DNA from: an uncultured Caldilineales bacterium
Lineage (GTDB): Bacteria; Chloroflexota; Anaerolineae; J102
Length of the DNA: 55,119 nucleotides
Direction: 5' to 3'
Assembly (NCBI GenBank): GCA_964535455.1
Contig: CAZHTZ010000002.1
Location: 1 to 55,119, forward strand
Below the pieces are notes generated by a model that saw nothing but the letters and a program-made list of their open reading frames with translations, searched no databases and was not told the origin of the DNA. Positions within the stretch are counted from its first letter, which is position 1. The number at the start of each line of letters is the position of its first letter. A program made the position numbers and the translations under genes. Shown here in pieces: positions 52,102 through 55,119 of the stretch.

Positions 52102-53369
52102 ACGCCCTCCTCAACCACCACGCGGCCTGCTGCCGCAGAGCGCACGCAGTCGGTCAGGCTTCCGAACGTCACCTGCACGTCGAGCATGCCAGGTGCATAA
52201 TAGGCGTACTTGGCGGAGTTCGTCATCAGGGTCTTGATATTGGCTGGGAGCATGGGCGTCGCCAGGATGCACGTATCTACCGTAACACTGCCGCCGAAGG
52301 CTTCCAGCGTCGACAGGTAGCCCGCCTGCCGGGCCAGCAGCGCCATCGCCCGGCTAGAAGTGACCAGGAAGCGCACGTCCGGATGTACCTTCTGATCAGC
52401 CACCAAAGGCGCCAGTTGCCGGAACTCAGCCAGCGAGAAGTGCGGACTGCCCAGCACCACCATGTCAAGCCGCTCACCGCCGGCCGTGGTCAGCTCAGCA
52501 CGGGCAGTCCGCAAATCATCCATCGTGATATCGAGAGTCTGATAGGATGTGCGGCCCTGGAAGGCTGACACCAGATCGGACGCTTCCGGTGTGACGCCAA
52601 CGATGTGAAAGAGCGCCACCGTCCCCGACGAGGCCGCCGCCGCACCCAGGGCCTTGAGTTGGTCTTCCGTGGGTCTGGCATGCAGCCCGTCGAGCACCGG
52701 GATGCGGTCCTGGGCGATCTTACTCATCAGGTGACCGAGCACGGGGTAGAAGGAGTCATCGCACTGCACGGTCGTGGGGACCTCGACCAGCCGGAGCAGA
52801 AGGTCGCCTGCCCGGTTCTCTGTGAGGTGCAGGCCCACCGCCGGCACGCGGCCGGTAATGGCGCAGCAGACGTCCAGCAAATCGGGGTAGCGCTCAGTGC
52901 GGGCGCCCAGCACGGAGTTGGCAAAGACGATGGCGTTGGATTCACCCCAGGCCACCTGCTGGCCGAAGGCCGGCCTGGAATCCGTCTGGTAGGGCGCACA
53001 GGTCCAGGTGGGCTCTGTCCCCATGCTCTGATAGGCGACCATTTGCCTGTAAGCGTTGGCCGCCCAATCTGGCGGCACCGGCCACTCCTGCCAGTGTTGT
53101 TCGTCCAGCCCGCTGACATTGAGGGTGGTGGGCACGGCGACGCGCGCACCCAGACTGGCCAGCCGCTCGGCGAATTCGAGCCCAGCCTCGCCGATGTAGA
53201 TGGTGCTGTCGATGTGGGCGGCGCTGATGTCGATCAGATGGGCGGCACTGTTGACTTCCGCCATGCGCACCACGATCTGCATTGCCATCTGCACGGCCGG
53301 GCCATGCGCGCCATCTAGCTTGGCGCGGTCAGCGCCGGTCAGGTGAAGGGCCAAGGGTCCTCGGAACAA
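52086..53369 (-). CDS. Aconitase X catalytic-domain protein (DUF521)
   Basis: TTG start at 53369 (alternative at 53354). ...HLTGADRAKLDGAHGPAVQMAMQIVVRMAEV...ISAAHIDS...TWTCAPYQ... is a DUF521 pattern. The start is uncertain. Confidence 0.8.
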   Translation of the reverse strand: MFRGPLALHLTGADRAKLDGAHGPAVQMAMQIVVRMAEVNSAAHLIDISAAHIDSTIYIGEAGLEFAERLASLGARVAVPTTLNVSGLDEQHWQEWPVPPDWAANAYRQMVAYQSMGTEPTWTCAPYQTDSRPAFGQQVAWGESNAIVFANSVLGARTERYPDLLDVCCAITGRVPAVGLHLTENRAGDLLLRLVEVPTTVQCDDSFYPVLGHLMSKIAQDRIPVLDGLHARPTEDQLKALGAAAASSGTVALFHIVGVTPEASDLVSAFQGRTSYQTLDITMDDLRTARAELTTAGGERLDMVVLGSPHFSLAEFRQLAPLVADQKVHPDVRFLVTSSRAMALLARQAGYLSTLEAFGGSVTVDTCILATPMLPANIKTLMTNSAKYAYYAPGMLDVQVTFGSLTDCVRSAAAGRVVVEEGVWASR

Positions 53370-53391
53370 AACAAGTCACCACCACGCGCCC

Positions 53392-53460
53392 CGAAAACAA
53401 AAAAACACCCTCCCCGATAATACTGGCAGATGCCAGCATTCTCTCGCCCATCGGGGAGGG
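53392..53460 (-). terminator. Strong intrinsic terminator between the formyltransferase gene and the acnX genes
   Basis: On the minus strand: CCCTCCCCGAT ... ATCGGGGAGGG, an 11-bp stem enclosing an inner CTGGCA tc TGCCAG hairpin. It is followed by TGTTTTTTTGTTTTC. Confidence 0.65.
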
Positions 53461-53558
53461 ATGCCAGGCGGGGCTGCCTGGCACGGGCGGGGCGCCCGTC
53501 CGCAAAGGATTATAGGTCTTGTCGTTGCCAACACCAAGAATGCGCCTCCCGACCGCCG

Positions 53559-54494
53559 TCACTGCGCGCCCGGCGCCAGCAGGAAATCCACGACGCCCGA
53601 CTCAAAACGCACGCGCACGGTCTGTCCCCGTCGTTGATACGGCTCGTCGAGTGTCCCCCGCGGGTCGAGGGCGAAGGCCGACTCCACCCACGTGCGGCGG
53701 CCGTCCAGGTCCAGCCAGAAGGGCGCCATGTCCGCAGCACCACGGGCGAAGCTGAAGGCGTGACGGGCCGTCCAGGTCGTGGGAATACCGCGATCCTCCT
53801 CGGCCGGGAAAGGCTGGTAGCTGGCGCCTTCGGCCGGCTGGGGATGCCGGGGCAAAGAAGGCGCGGCCAAAGCCGCCACCAGCAGACGGGCGCATGCCTC
53901 CGCCGCCACACGTTCGACCTCCAGACCAGAAGCGCCTTCGGGATAGGCGACTGGCGCCTGGGCGACGATGTCACCGGTATCAATCCCTTCGTTCATGTAG
54001 TGTACCGTGACGCCCGTTGCGGTCTCACCGGCACGAAGCTGCCAGAAAAGCGGGGCCGGACCGCGATAAGCCGGAAGCAGCGACGGATGCAGGTTCAAAC
54101 AGCCCAGCTCCGGCAGCGCCAGCCAGCCCGCAGGCAAGATCCGGGGAAAGCAGGCAACACAGATCAGGTCAGGACGAAGGGAGGCGACCGCGGCCAGCGC
54201 GGCTTCATCCGACAGCCGGCCCACTTCCAAAACCGGGATGCCCTGCTTCCAGGCCTCGTGGCGCATGTCGGGCCGCACCGGACTGGCCAGCAGTGGCAGC
54301 TCACCGCCCGCTGTCTCCGGGGGGACCCAACGCGTGTTGGCGCCGGGAAGGACCACGGCTGCCACCTGGCGCCCCGCTTCCAGCAACGCCCGCAGCGGGA
54401 TCAGCGAGAAGACGCCGCCCATCCCCAAGTAGACGATGCGGAGGGCGCGGCCACGTTTGTCCAGGATTGACAAGACGGGGTAAGGTTGTATCAT
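53559..54494 (-). CDS. Formyltransferase-family protein (methionyl-tRNA formyltransferase-like)
   Basis: ...ACFPRILPAGWLALPELGCLNLHPSLLPAYRGPAPLFWQLRAGETATGVTVHYMNEGIDTGDIV is the formyl-transferase catalytic core. The N-terminus is atypical for housekeeping Fmt. Confidence 0.7.
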   Translation of the reverse strand: MIQPYPVLSILDKRGRALRIVYLGMGGVFSLIPLRALLEAGRQVAAVVLPGANTRWVPPETAGGELPLLASPVRPDMRHEAWKQGIPVLEVGRLSDEAALAAVASLRPDLICVACFPRILPAGWLALPELGCLNLHPSLLPAYRGPAPLFWQLRAGETATGVTVHYMNEGIDTGDIVAQAPVAYPEGASGLEVERVAAEACARLLVAALAAPSLPRHPQPAEGASYQPFPAEEDRGIPTTWTARHAFSFARGAADMAPFWLDLDGRRTWVESAFALDPRGTLDEPYQRRGQTVRVRFESGVVDFLLAPGAQ

Positions 54495-54531
54495 CAGGTC
54501 ACATCAGCCACACAGAGGTTCAGAAACGATT

Positions 54532-54846
54532 ATGACACGAATGGTGCAGTGCGTGAAGCTGGGGCGATTGCTGCCAGGCCTGGCGGCGCCGCCGTCCAAG
54601 GATGAGCTGGGCCAGCGGATCTTCGAGAACATCTCGCAGGAAGCCTGGAACATGTGGCTGCAGCAGGCCACCATCCTCATCAACCACTACGGGCTGAATA
54701 CCGTGGATCCCGACGCTGTTGCCTTCCTCAAGGCGCAGATGGAGGAGTTCTTTTTCAGCGAGGGAGCGGCCATGCCCGAAGGCTGGACGCCGCAAAGCAC
54801 GCCCGCCAAGGGCGGCGGCAAAGGCGGCGGCCCCCGAGGTAAATGA
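54532..54846 (+). CDS. yggX: Fe(2+)-trafficking / oxidative-damage protection protein YggX
   Basis: MTRMVQCVKLGRLLPGL...LGQRIFENISQEAWNMWLQQATILINHYGLN...FLKAQMEEFFF is a YggX family pattern. Confidence 0.85.
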   Translation: MTRMVQCVKLGRLLPGLAAPPSKDELGQRIFENISQEAWNMWLQQATILINHYGLNTVDPDAVAFLKAQMEEFFFSEGAAMPEGWTPQSTPAKGGGKGGGPRGK

Positions 54847-55025
54847 TTAAGGAAGTCACCCTCCTGGCCGAGCGGGCGTCAGCAAGCAGTGCACCTCCGG
54901 CGGAAGCGTTCGCCATTATTGCTCGTCTTGCCTATGCGAAAGCGGGGCGTCCGGCGCTGGCGCTGCCGGAACCCACGACCGCATTGCCGGCGCCGCCCCG
55001 GCTTACGGAAGACTGGTTCTGCTGA
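54843..55025 (+). CDS. Hypothetical 60-aa ORF coupled (ATGA) to the yggX stop
   Basis: ATG at 54843 overlaps the yggX TGA. The ORF is Ala/Pro-rich and ends ...TEDWFC. The hairpin CCGGCCA ggt TGGCCGG lies about 14 nt after its stop. No family recognised. Confidence 0.25.
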   Translation: MIKEVTLLAERASASSAPPAEAFAIIARLAYAKAGRPALALPEPTTALPAPPRLTEDWFC

Positions 55026-55119
55026 AGCGAACCCACAACCGGCCAGGTTGGCCGGATCGCTAGCGGGTCGTTTGGTCCGACATTTGCCATTACAGGCGCC
55101 CGCCGCCTACGGTTGAAAC

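Overview
55.1-kb high-GC bacterial chromosomal window. Gene content and protein style look Chloroflexota-like, but that is a low-confidence impression. (1) 0-25 kb is mostly housekeeping. It holds the 3' part of a suf Fe-S cluster operon (sufB'-sufD-sufS-sufU-Rieske-DUF59). It also holds a minus-strand glycine-cleavage operon (gcvT-gcvH-gcvPA-gcvPB) behind a tandem glycine riboswitch. The rest comprises two glycosyltransferases, a PQQ-type sugar dehydrogenase, a SirB1-like protein, lipoproteins, an esterase, a GNAT-like protein, a DUF21-CBS hemolysin-family protein, typA/bipA, a sulfotransferase-like protein and a CRTAC1/FG-GAP protein. Several suf/gcv intergenic spacers are filled with phased 7-8-nt ACGTT-core tandem repeats. 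(2) 25.1-46.4 kb is a tightly packed, entirely minus-strand BREX-like defence island. It encodes an Lhr-like helicase (BrxHI-like), a BrxD-like ATPase, PglZ, a PglY/BrxC-like ATPase and the PglX methyltransferase, plus three unassigned upstream genes. No PglW-type kinase is present. Between pglX and the pglY-like gene sits a lower-GC 5.6-kb four-gene insertion. It encodes a polytopic membrane protein, a TRAFAC-type GTPase, a 756-aa protein ending in a RING-like zinc finger, and a zinc-finger/TM/repeat/SH3b protein starting with the same zinc-finger module. I cannot assign this insertion to any named defence family, and it is the main candidate for a new system. (3) 46.5-55.1 kb holds a HigB/HigA-like toxin-antitoxin pair with a coupled upstream mini-ORF, and a NarL-type two-component system next to a truncated ABC-2 permease. 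It also holds a UBP-type zinc-finger protein, an AcnX (DUF521/DUF126) pair coupled to a secreted intradiol-dioxygenase-like protein, a formyltransferase and YggX. I recognised no rRNA, tRNA, CRISPR array, transposase or integrase. All functional calls come from reading the translated ORFs by eye. No database search was run.
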